Assembly (NCBI GenBank): GCA_038727095.1
Contig: JAVYWK010000035.1
Location: 1-16,206 of the forward strand
Source: Thermofilaceae archaeon
GTDB taxonomy: Archaea > Thermoproteota > Thermoprotei > Thermofilales > Thermofilaceae
DNA length: 16,206 bases
Direction of reading: 5' to 3'
In this document: piece by piece, positions 1 through 7,770 of the stretch
Layout of the letters: each line of letters starts with the position of its first letter
How positions within the stretch are numbered: the first letter of the stretch is position 1
Position numbers and translations under genes: made by a program
Notes under the pieces: generated by a model
What the model saw: only the letters and a program-made list of their open reading frames with translations
What the model was told of the DNA's origin: nothing
Databases searched by the model: none

Positions 1-64
1 AGGTCTCGAAAGCCCTGTCGAAGGGTTCGACCACGTGCACCTTCGTGAATTCGTCGAGCTCCAT
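1..64 (-). CDS. 5' end of an unknown protein running off the window (MELDEFTKVHVVEPFDRAFET...)
   Basis: Manual translation: ATG at 64-62, open to position 1, codon usage like its neighbours. TATA-like TTAAA on the minus strand at 89-93, 25-29 nt upstream. Not in the ORF track. Confidence 0.6.
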   Translation of the reverse strand, partial: MELDEFTKVHVVEPFDRAFET

Positions 65-88
65 TGCGCGGATCAACCGGAGAGAAGG

Positions 89-93
89 TTTAA
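89..93. promoter_or_regulatory. TATA-like element, possibly bidirectional (partial CDS on -, sRNA on +)
   Basis: TTTAA lies about 25-30 nt from both the ATG at 64 (-) and the C box at 120 (+). Purine-rich BRE-like AGAGAAGG precedes it on +. Confidence 0.5.
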
Positions 94-119
94 GGCGATC
101 TACTCTACTTCTCCCCCGC

Positions 120-170
120 GTGATGAGGGAAGAGACAATGGAGCGGTGACAGGGAGCCGTCTCACGCTGA
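120..170 (+). ncRNA. Box C/D methylation-guide sRNA (candidate)
   Basis: Perfect C box GTGATGA (120-126) and D box CTGA (167-170) spanning 51 nt. Degenerate D' (TGGA 139-142) and C' (GTGACAG about 146-152) with 12-14 nt guides. Intergenic, with an upstream TATA. Confidence 0.7.
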
Positions 171-175
171 CCCCT

Positions 176-1048
176 CTAAACGAGCTCCTTGACGCTCAAG
201 TACTCGGTCCCAACTGTCCGGAGACCGTTTGCGAGCAGGTTCTCGACGATCAGCCTCTTTGATGCGTCAATGGGTATGACGACAGCCCTAGCCCCCTGCT
301 CCAAGCCGACCTGCCTGAGCCCCACTAGTAGAGCCTTGAGGGCCTCCAAGGCCGAATAGGAGGATAGGGCCATGTAATCGACGTAGAGCTCGTCGTCCAG
401 CGAGAACTCGGCCACGCCCCTCAACCTCCTCCCCTTGTACGCTAACAGGGCTTCCTCCACCGGGTACCTCCTGTAGACTAGGCGATCCACCGGCTCGGTG
501 AGTGAGCTCCACCAGGTTGACGGTTTGAACCTGGAGCTGCGGAGCACCCCCGCCTGCCGGCGCTTAAGGGTGAAAGTGTCGGAAGCCCGGGCTGGGAGGG
601 CTTCTACCGGCGCGGACATTATGAGCACGATGCCCTTCAGCTGGTAACCGTTGCGAAGGTAGAAGTCGAGGGCGCGCTTGTTGCTGTCCTTCACGCTCAG
701 AGCGACAACTTCAGCCCCATCGCGCCTCAGCTCGTCCTCCAGGTAAGCTAGGAGCCTGCTCCCCACCCCCATGCTCCTGCACTCGGGCTTCACAGCGATG
801 CTGTCGATGTAGGCGAGCCTCCTGTATCGGTAGGCGATGGCGAAGCCCACCACTTGCCCGTCGTACTCCGCGACCAGAACCTTCCTCCTCCGGGATCTCA
901 CGCTCAGCAGAGCCTTGAACCACTCAGGGTCCTCCTCGTCCAGCCCCTCCAGCGATTGGAGGTGGATCTCGAAGATCGCCTTGTAGTCGCTGCGCCGGGC
1001 AGGGCGCAGCAGTAGCTCAGCCGCGGGCTTGCCGCCCGCTTTACCTAT
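176..1048 (-). CDS. Tandem GNAT-family N-acetyltransferase (start uncertain; ORF track starts at 901)
   Basis: Acetyl-CoA motif RSMGVGSRLL and NKRALDFYLRNGY, plus a second degenerate GNAT domain at the C-terminus. The frame stays open upstream of 901 to 1051 and encodes the typical first GNAT strand and helix (LLLRPARRSDYKAIFEIH). Confidence 0.8.
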   Translation of the reverse strand: MGKAGGKPAAELLLRPARRSDYKAIFEIHLQSLEGLDEEDPEWFKALLSVRSRRRKVLVAEYDGQVVGFAIAYRYRRLAYIDSIAVKPECRSMGVGSRLLAYLEDELRRDGAEVVALSVKDSNKRALDFYLRNGYQLKGIVLIMSAPVEALPARASDTFTLKRRQAGVLRSSRFKPSTWWSSLTEPVDRLVYRRYPVEEALLAYKGRRLRGVAEFSLDDELYVDYMALSSYSALEALKALLVGLRQVGLEQGARAVVIPIDASKRLIVENLLANGLRTVGTEYLSVKELV

Positions 1049-1094
1049 GAGTCAACTCATGATTACTCCAGCAGAGGCTTGCCACCGGTCCCCC

Positions 1095-1101
1095 TTATAA
1101 A
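1095..1101 (-). promoter_or_regulatory. TATA box of the GNAT gene
   Basis: TTTATAA on the minus strand, followed downstream by GGAG and the ATG at 1060. Confidence 0.6.
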
Positions 1102-1116
1102 GTTTAGGCAACGTTT

Positions 1117-1156
1117 AGAGAGAAAAAAGTGGCAAAGAGATAGAAGAGGAAGAGGC
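1117..1156 (-). terminator. Pyrimidine/oligo-T tract, putative archaeal terminator
   Basis: The minus strand reads CCTCTTCCTCTTCTATCTCTTTGCCACTTTTTTCTCTC just after the stop at 1166, with T6 at 1123-1128. Confidence 0.5.
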
Positions 1157-1165
1157 GTGCGGGCA

Positions 1166-1702
1166 TCACTTGACCCTCTCCGCTCTCCTGCGGGTCTTAC
1201 GGCGCCTACTCTTCAGCGCCTTGCGACCGAAGCACGCGGCTAGCGCGGCCACCACGAGGCCCACGGCTGGGAAAGCCCACGCTGGAGCGGGCTCCTTCTC
1301 CGCGTAGATCTTGATCGAGGCGAACGAGGGGTCAGCGTTGTCCGCGAAGGCTGTGGCGACAACCGTCCCTGTCCCATCCCTGCACCTCATTGGCACGAGC
1401 ACCCTCTTCGCGGCCCCTACAGTCACGTTGCCGAGCGTTAGCGACAGATTCGACCTCCAAACGCCCCTCTCGTCGAGGAGCTCGGCGCACCCCGTCGCTG
1501 CGAGGGTGAGATGGACGTTTTCAGCCGGGGCTGCTCCAAGGTTTCTTACGACGAGAAGTATCGAGCCCGGCCTGCTCGAGGTGAGGTTGACTTGCGCGCT
1601 CGCCGGCTCAACGATTATGACAGTTAAATCCGTCGGCTGCGCTAAAGTGATGATGATGAGCGCGGGGATTACGAGCGTGAACGGTGCGCAGCGCACGCGC
1701 AT
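1166..1702 (-). CDS. Secreted, C-terminally membrane-anchored protein with an Ig/CARDB-like beta domain
   Basis: N-terminal hydrophobic signal, VRNLGAAPAENVHLTL CARDB-like strand pattern, NxS/T sequons, C-terminal TM helix and Arg/Lys tail. The spacing of the TATA TTTTTAA (1718-1724) favours GTG 1696 as the start. Confidence 0.7.
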   Translation of the reverse strand: MRVRCAPFTLVIPALIIITLAQPTDLTVIIVEPASAQVNLTSSRPGSILLVVRNLGAAPAENVHLTLAATGCAELLDERGVWRSNLSLTLGNVTVGAAKRVLVPMRCRDGTGTVVATAFADNADPSFASIKIYAEKEPAPAWAFPAVGLVVAALAACFGRKALKSRRRKTRRRAERVK

Positions 1703-1822
1703 CAGCCCGCCCGGCCCTTAAAAACTAGGTTGCGAGCCAGCGTGGGGCTGCCACAGCAGATTCTTCCGAATGCCGCTGCTCAATAAACATGCAAGTGGTG
1801 CCGCAGGGCGAGGGGTTTGGGG

Positions 1823-2674
1823 CTAGTAGGTGCCCAATCGCCCCGTCGCCTTCAAGCGGTTCTCCACGAGCTTTACCGCAGAGATGCCCAGAGCGAGCAG
1901 CAAAGCGGTGTAAGAGATTAGGACAACGAACTCGAGGGTTAAGGGGAGCAGCGTTGGAGTAGCCATGCTGTAGTGCCTCAGAAGGTCGATCGAGTAGGTG
2001 AAGGGGAGGGCGAGAGCCGCGACCCTGGCGCTCTCTGGCAGAGCGGTTACGGGGAAGAAAGCGCCGCTTAGCCCGAGTATGATGAACTGTAGGATGTTGT
2101 TTAGGGGGCCTACCTGCTTGAAGCGTAGGACGAGGGCGCCGTAGAGGAGGCCGAAACCCATCGCGGTGAAGAGGCCGATGAGGAGGCTCAAGGCGACCCC
2201 AACCGGGTTAATTACGACGACTTTGACGTTGAAGAGAAGAGTGAAGAAGGCGTACACGTAGGTTAGCGAGAGTGCGAGCGAGACGATGCGGCTGAAGATG
2301 TCCCTGGAGAAGAGGATCGCCCTGCTGGCGTTCGTGAGCATGAGGAACTCTAGCGTACCCATCTGCTGCTCCCGCCTTATGGCGTTTCCGAAGTTCCAGA
2401 GGCCGGCGCTGACGATATCCCAGAAGATCCACCCCCAGAACAGCATCGTCAGCGTCTGGGGGTTGCTCCACTGCTCACGGGGCAGGAAGAGCAGGATGGG
2501 TAGGATGAAGAGAACGAGCCAAGCCGGCGTCGTCACAATGTCCGCGACGAGCCAAGCCGGGTACCTCAGGTAGATCCTCACGCTGACTGAGGCTGCGGCT
2601 TGAAGCTCCTGCAAAAGCGACCGGAGCGGGATGCGGCTAGTACTTGGAGAGCTCCCCCCTCTTCTTAGCTGCAT
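1823..2674 (-). CDS. ABC-2 type transporter permease
   Basis: About 6 TM segments, REQQMGTLE and SGAFFPVTALP ABC-2 signatures. Overlaps the upstream permease. Confidence 0.9.
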   Translation of the reverse strand: MQLRRGGSSPSTSRIPLRSLLQELQAAASVSVRIYLRYPAWLVADIVTTPAWLVLFILPILLFLPREQWSNPQTLTMLFWGWIFWDIVSAGLWNFGNAIRREQQMGTLEFLMLTNASRAILFSRDIFSRIVSLALSLTYVYAFFTLLFNVKVVVINPVGVALSLLIGLFTAMGFGLLYGALVLRFKQVGPLNNILQFIILGLSGAFFPVTALPESARVAALALPFTYSIDLLRHYSMATPTLLPLTLEFVVLISYTALLLALGISAVKLVENRLKATGRLGTY

Positions 2675-3479
2675 ACTCCCACCTCAAGTAGAACGCTCGA
2701 CCCACAGCGAGGTACGCTAGCCCGAGAGCGAACATCACGGCCAGCCTCTCCCAGAGGTTGAGGCTCGAGGCTGTGCCGGTGAACAGGCTCCTCAGCAGCT
2801 GGGCTGCGTGAGAAGTGGGGAGGAACTGGGAGGCGAGCCTCACAGCCATCGGGAAGACCTCGAGCGGGTAGTAGAAGCCCGAGAGCATCGCAACGAAGGC
2901 GTTAACCGAGCTGGCCACAGCCCACACCTCCTTGAACCTGACGGTGAGGGCGGCGACCACTAGGCCGAGGCCCGCCAGGGGGAGTAGGCCGAGCAGCGTG
3001 ATGCCGGCCGCGATCAACCAGTCTACAGGGGAGGGGAGCGAGGTTCTCAGGGCTAGGACGGCGATCACGTTCACGGCCATTACCCCGAGCGTGATCAGGG
3101 CGGACGAGAGCGAGTGGAAGAGCCACAGCAGGATCGTGTTGTTGGGGGTGAGGTAGTGCAGCTCGAAAGTACCCATCATCTGTTCTTCACGTATTATGCC
3201 CGAGGTGTTCTCGATTAGAACCATGCAGCCGATCATTAGCACTCCACCCAGCACGGTGTAGAGCAGCGGGTCCTCAACCCCCGTGTTTGACGCGAAGTTC
3301 CTCGGGGCCGAGGGGCCAGCGATCGCGTAGCCGATCCCCATCATCATGCCGCTGAACATGAAGGGTAGCGAGGCCATCATCACCAGGAAGCCGATGTATC
3401 TGGACGTTATTTTCATCTCCTTCACTACGACTGCGGCCAACGTCTGAAGCGCTCGTCTAGCTTTCCTCAAGCCTCTCAC
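2637..3479 (-). CDS. ABC-2 type transporter permease
   Basis: REEQMMGTFE and SGFYYPLEVFP signatures, multi-TM. Alternative start TTG at 3470. Confidence 0.9.
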   Translation of the reverse strand: MRGLRKARRALQTLAAVVVKEMKITSRYIGFLVMMASLPFMFSGMMMGIGYAIAGPSAPRNFASNTGVEDPLLYTVLGGVLMIGCMVLIENTSGIIREEQMMGTFELHYLTPNNTILLWLFHSLSSALITLGVMAVNVIAVLALRTSLPSPVDWLIAAGITLLGLLPLAGLGLVVAALTVRFKEVWAVASSVNAFVAMLSGFYYPLEVFPMAVRLASQFLPTSHAAQLLRSLFTGTASSLNLWERLAVMFALGLAYLAVGRAFYLRWEYAAKKRGELSKY

Positions 3480-4452
3480 CCGTCAAGGCGACGAACACGT
3501 CCTCTAGGCTGGGCTCCAGGTTCCTGATGGAGAGAACCTTAACGTCCGCCGTGAAGAGGGGGGAGAGGATTTCCCGGAGACTGTCGCTGTAGACCACCTT
3601 GACCTCTGCCACACCCGCTACGGGGTCTCGAATCCTCGTTGCAACTCCCACGACGCCGGGTACTTCCCTAAGCTTAGACAGAAGCCCATCTTCGAAGCCA
3701 ACGAGCGTAACTTCAACAACCTTGTGCTGCGCCATCTTCGACTTCAGATCGTTCGGCGTACCGACTGCTATGATCCTCCCCCGGCTGATGATGGCAACCC
3801 GATCGCAGAGCGCGTCGGCTTCGAACATGTTGTGCGTAGTGAGAAGGATCGTCTTCCCCTCGCGCTTCAACTCCAGGATAACCTCCCTCACTTTCCTCGC
3901 CGAGTTAGGGTCGAGCCCTATCGTTGGTTCATCAAGGAAGAGGATCGGAGGGTCGTGCAGCAAGGCCCTCGCGATGTTGAGCTTCGACTTCATGCCCGTA
4001 CTATACTCCTCCACCAACCTGTCCGCGTCCTCGCTCAGGTCAAGGAGCTCGAGGAGCTGGTCGATCTTACGCCTCGCGTACCGCTCGTCCAGGTGGTGCA
4101 AGCGGGCGAAGTAGAGGAGGTTCTCCCGGCCTGTCAGCTTCCAGTAGAAGCCCCTATCGCTGTAGAGGCTGACCCCTATCACCTCCCTCACCCTCGGAGC
4201 TTCCCTCACCACGTGGAAGCCCCCGACCCACGCTTCGCCCGAGTCGGGTAGCAGGAGCGTGCTCAGTATCTTAATAGTGGTCGTTTTGCCGGCGCCGTTG
4301 GGGCCCAGTAAGCCGAAGATCTCCCCCTTCCTGACCTCGAAGGACACATCTTTGAGCGCTTCAACGATCTTCCTCCTCCCGCGGAAGAGCACTCCTCCCT
4401 CTCTCGTGACGAAAGTTTTCCGGAGTTCAACGGCTTTGATAGCAGCGTCCAC
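3457..4452 (-). CDS. ABC transporter ATP-binding protein (DrrA/CcmA-like)
   Basis: Walker A GPNGAGKTT, signature YSTGM, Walker B ILFLDEPT, H-loop TTH, C-terminal PSLEDVFVALTG. Confidence 0.95.
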   Translation of the reverse strand: MDAAIKAVELRKTFVTREGGVLFRGRRKIVEALKDVSFEVRKGEIFGLLGPNGAGKTTTIKILSTLLLPDSGEAWVGGFHVVREAPRVREVIGVSLYSDRGFYWKLTGRENLLYFARLHHLDERYARRKIDQLLELLDLSEDADRLVEEYSTGMKSKLNIARALLHDPPILFLDEPTIGLDPNSARKVREVILELKREGKTILLTTHNMFEADALCDRVAIISRGRIIAVGTPNDLKSKMAQHKVVEVTLVGFEDGLLSKLREVPGVVGVATRIRDPVAGVAEVKVVYSDSLREILSPLFTADVKVLSIRNLEPSLEDVFVALTGERLEES

Positions 4453-4472
4453 GCTCGCGCCTCACTGGCTAC

Positions 4473-4573
4473 AATATATATGCGTTAGTTTACACAACCC
4501 CGCTCAAACTGTAGTTCAGCGAGAGCGGGATTGCGTCATCCCCGCGTGGCCTGTGGTTCGCGCTAGGGTTAAA
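4473..4573. promoter_or_regulatory. Divergent promoter region between the ABC operon and GH2
   Basis: ATATATATT on - (4473-4481) lies 21-29 nt before GTG 4452. TTAAA on + (4569-4573) lies 24-28 nt before GTG 4597. Confidence 0.55.
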
Positions 4574-4596
4574 GCGGTCCCGAGGCTGTTCCTCCC

Positions 4597-6669
4597 GTGC
4601 TGCTGCTCGCTCTCTTGCTGATCGCCTTGCTGGCGTCACCCGCGATGGTCTACTCCCGCCCGCTGGCTCCACCAACCCTTCAGCTGGTGGAGGTAGACGG
4701 GGTGCTTGTGCCCTTGCAGAACGGTGTCGTTTACCCGACCTTCGCTTTCCAGCCCTCCCGCAGGTACATCGATCTGGGGGGCGAGTGGGAGATCCTCTAC
4801 GATGAGGAGGGGGGTGAGGCAAAGTTCGGCGGTGTAAGGCTCTCGCTGGCGCCGAGAACGGGTGGGGTGCTTCAGCTGCTCGAGCAGCAGATGAGGGCGG
4901 CCCTGGCTAGGGGCGGCTGGATGAGAACGCGAGTCCCCTCGTGCAATAACGCGAGGGGCTCCGCAAGGGAGGGGTACCAGGGGGTTGCATGGTACCGGAG
5001 GGTCTTCGAGGTCGCCGGCGGTCAGCTGGAGGGGCGCGCGAGGGTATTCCTGGTCTTCCACGGGGTCAACTACGTGGCCGACGTCTGGCTGAACGGCGTG
5101 TATCTGGGCTACCACGAGGGCGGCTTCACGCCCTTCCTGTTCGATGCTACACGCGCGCTTAAGCCCGGGTTGAACGAGCTCGTCGTCCGGGTCGATAACG
5201 TGCCCTGGGACTCGCCCGACTCCCGCTTCCTCACGGTCCCCTACGCGAAGTGCGACTGGTGGAACTACGGTGGCATCTACCGGGAGGTCTACATAGAGAT
5301 CGTGAACTCCACGTACATCGCCCGGCTCGATCTGATAGCCGAGAGAGGTTCGGGTTGGACTCTCAGGGCCCGGGCCACGATCGTGAGCAACGGAGCCCGT
5401 AGGGCGACGCTCAAGCTCGCGCTCTACCCGGCCAACGCGGCGGGGCGGCTCGAGTGGAGCCCAGCCCTCGTGGCCGATCGCTCAGCACCGCTGGCTGAAC
5501 TAGCCCGGGAGGTCGAGCTGCGGGCAGGGATCAGCGTTTTCGAAGTCCGCCTGGACGGCCTAGAGGTCTCTGAGTGGAGCCCCGAGAACCCCCGCCTCCA
5601 CGTCGTGGGCGCCCAATTGGTTGTGGACGGCTTGGTTCTGGACGAGCTCTACGACCAGTTCGGCTTTAGAACAGTCGGTGTCAGTGGGGGTAGGATCACG
5701 ATCAACGGGGAACCCGTCTTCCTGAGGGGTGTGGCCAGGCACGAGGACCACCCCGCCTACGGAAGATCGATGCTACCAGAGCTGATCTACGGGGACCTCG
5801 TCATCGTGAAGGAGGTGGGGGCGAACTTCCTTAGGACAGCCCACTACCCGAACCACCCGCTCACCTACGTGTACGCGGATCGGCTTGGCCTCCTGGTCTG
5901 GGAGGAGATACCGGTCTACTGGTTCGACTGCGCGGGCTTCCGGGTAGTAATGGAGAGGGGCGTTGCGGAGCAGATGCTGCTGGAGATGATCTTCAGAGAC
6001 TTCAACCGACCCTCGATCATCATCTGGAGCTTCGCGAACGAGTGCGCCTGCAGAGAGGAGCGCGTCGCCTACCTGAGGAGGATGAGGGAGCTGGCGAAGA
6101 GGATCGATCCCACCCGGCTCCTCACCCAGGCGGTGCGGTGGGACCCGACAGACGACACCTCGCTGAGAGCCGGGCTCGACGTGCTGGCGGTCAACATGTA
6201 CTTCGGCGTCTTCTACGGGAGGATCGAGGACCTGGACGGGGCGATACAGGAGCATCGGAGTAGGTACCCAAGCCTTCCCCTCTTGATCAGCGAGTTCGGC
6301 TACTGGTCTGGAGGCGGCGTGGGCGAGGCTGGGCAGTTGGAGTACTTCATTAAAGCATGGAGGATTATCAGGTCGAGGGCCGGGGAACTGGCTGGCGCCG
6401 TCTGGTGGACCATCTTCGACTACGACAGCATGATCGTGTTCAACACGTTCGGCGCGCTCGACTGGCACCGTACCCACCGCAAGCTGCTGTACCAGGGGCT
6501 TCGAGAGGCCTACCACGCCCCTCTCGAGCCGGAAGCTCGAGGGCAATGGGTTCCGCAGCTTTTCGCCGCGCTGATCGCAGCCTCCCTACTCGCTCTCGTT
6601 GCCGCCCGCAGGTTTCGTAAAGCATCTGAAAAAGGCATCGCTCAGAATCCCCGCGGCTCCGGTGCGTAA
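4597..6669 (+). CDS. Extracellular membrane-anchored glycoside hydrolase family 2 (beta-galactosidase/glucuronidase-like)
   Basis: HEGGFTPF, DWWNYGGIYR, RGVARHED, RTAHYP, acid/base WSFANE and nucleophile ISEFG. Signal peptide, C-terminal TM and basic tail. Confidence 0.92.
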   Translation: MLLLALLLIALLASPAMVYSRPLAPPTLQLVEVDGVLVPLQNGVVYPTFAFQPSRRYIDLGGEWEILYDEEGGEAKFGGVRLSLAPRTGGVLQLLEQQMRAALARGGWMRTRVPSCNNARGSAREGYQGVAWYRRVFEVAGGQLEGRARVFLVFHGVNYVADVWLNGVYLGYHEGGFTPFLFDATRALKPGLNELVVRVDNVPWDSPDSRFLTVPYAKCDWWNYGGIYREVYIEIVNSTYIARLDLIAERGSGWTLRARATIVSNGARRATLKLALYPANAAGRLEWSPALVADRSAPLAELAREVELRAGISVFEVRLDGLEVSEWSPENPRLHVVGAQLVVDGLVLDELYDQFGFRTVGVSGGRITINGEPVFLRGVARHEDHPAYGRSMLPELIYGDLVIVKEVGANFLRTAHYPNHPLTYVYADRLGLLVWEEIPVYWFDCAGFRVVMERGVAEQMLLEMIFRDFNRPSIIIWSFANECACREERVAYLRRMRELAKRIDPTRLLTQAVRWDPTDDTSLRAGLDVLAVNMYFGVFYGRIEDLDGAIQEHRSRYPSLPLLISEFGYWSGGGVGEAGQLEYFIKAWRIIRSRAGELAGAVWWTIFDYDSMIVFNTFGALDWHRTHRKLLYQGLREAYHAPLEPEARGQWVPQLFAALIAASLLALVAARRFRKASEKGIAQNPRGSGA

Positions 6670-6798
6670 GTCAGCTTTTCAACATGAACTTCCAAGAGTC
6701 TATGAAGTGTCGGGATGATTGTGCGAGTTGCGGTTTTTGCACTCATGGTAGTCTACTAACGGTCTTAAGCTCGAGCATGGACTCGCAAACGGTAAGTT

Positions 6799-7770
6799 GT
6801 GACCGAGGAGGATTCGTCGAGTAAACTGGTCGAGCGATCAACACCCTTAATTAGGAGCAGAGTTCTCGCCCGCTTCCTCGGCTTCGACGGGAAGCCCCTC
6901 TACTTCAAGTGGGAGGGCGCGAACCCAACCGGTACGCACAAGGATAGAGCGGCTCTCGCTCACGTACTCTCAGCGCTCGAGAGGGGGATGGAGGTTGTAA
7001 CGGTCGGCACCTGCGGGAACTACGGCGTGGCTCTCGCGTACTACGCGCGCCAGTTCGGCCTCTCAGCGGTGATCTACGTACCGGCGGGCTACGAGAACAG
7101 CAGGATCGATGAGATGAGAAGGCTGGGAGCAAAGGTTGTGCTCGTCGAGGGGGGCTACGAGGAGGCGGTTGAAGCGAGCGTTAGAGCGGCAGCGAGTAAC
7201 GGGTGGTACGACGCGAACCCGGGTAGCGTCAACAACGAACTGAGCCTCGAAGCCTACTCGAACATCGCGAGCGAAATCGTGAGGCAGTTGGGCGACGCGC
7301 CTTACGCCGTTGCGGTCCCGGTGGGCAACGGGACGACGCTCGCCGGCCTCTACAGGGGTTTCCTAAGGATGTACAGGGAGGGCTACGCGACCGGCATCCC
7401 CCGGCTCATCGCTGCAACCACTTCTCACGCCAACCAGCTCGCGCTGATCTGGAGGAGGGAAGCTACCCTGGATGAGCCGGTTCAAGTAAGGGAGACGTGG
7501 ATCAACGAGCCGCTGGCGGCAGCTAAAGCCCTCGACGCCGTGGAAGCCCTCGAAGCTCTCCGCTCCACGAGGGGCGCGGTCTACACGTTCAGCGACGAGG
7601 AGATGCTGGAGGCAGCCATGCTGATGAGAGCCCTCGAGAGGCTCCCCGCGCTCCCAGCCTCCGCCTCGTCCCTGCTTGCTCTTAACAAGTTGAAAAGCGA
7701 GGAGCTCGAGGGACCGGTAGTGGCTGTGGTGACCGGCAGGTGGATGAACGGCCGAAAGCTGTCATACTAG
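6799..7770 (+). CDS. PLP-dependent fold-type II enzyme, threonine-synthase-like but probably not ThrC
   Basis: KWEGANPTGTHKDR (PLP lysine), GTCGNYG and PVGNGTT. Lacks the NSxN..R.EGQKT substrate-phosphate segment of true ThrC. Confidence 0.85.
   Translation: MTEEDSSSKLVERSTPLIRSRVLARFLGFDGKPLYFKWEGANPTGTHKDRAALAHVLSALERGMEVVTVGTCGNYGVALAYYARQFGLSAVIYVPAGYENSRIDEMRRLGAKVVLVEGGYEEAVEASVRAAASNGWYDANPGSVNNELSLEAYSNIASEIVRQLGDAPYAVAVPVGNGTTLAGLYRGFLRMYREGYATGIPRLIAATTSHANQLALIWRREATLDEPVQVRETWINEPLAAAKALDAVEALEALRSTRGAVYTFSDEEMLEAAMLMRALERLPALPASASSLLALNKLKSEELEGPVVAVVTGRWMNGRKLSY

Noticed and set aside
35-262. 75-aa + strand ORF
   Set aside because: Overlaps two minus-strand genes and the C/D sRNA candidate, and has no recognisable motifs.
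4483-4545. Possible second C/D sRNA on - (GGGATGA...CTGA) and alternative hairpins around GAGCGGG
   Set aside because: Imperfect C box, wrong spacing and no C'/D pair. 7-bp GC stems are expected by chance at this GC content.
4490-4822. 110-aa minus-strand ORF
   Set aside because: Arg/Pro-rich antisense of the GH2 5' end, crossing its promoter.
5773-6546. Long antisense or alternate-frame ORFs (also 10138..10785, 10798..11457, 12202..12897, 12758..13429, 14833..15597 and others)
   Set aside because: Shadow ORFs of well-supported genes, caused by high GC3. No motifs.
6799-7770. Calling the gene thrC or cysteate synthase
   Set aside because: Key ThrC substrate motifs are missing and there is no supporting pathway context.
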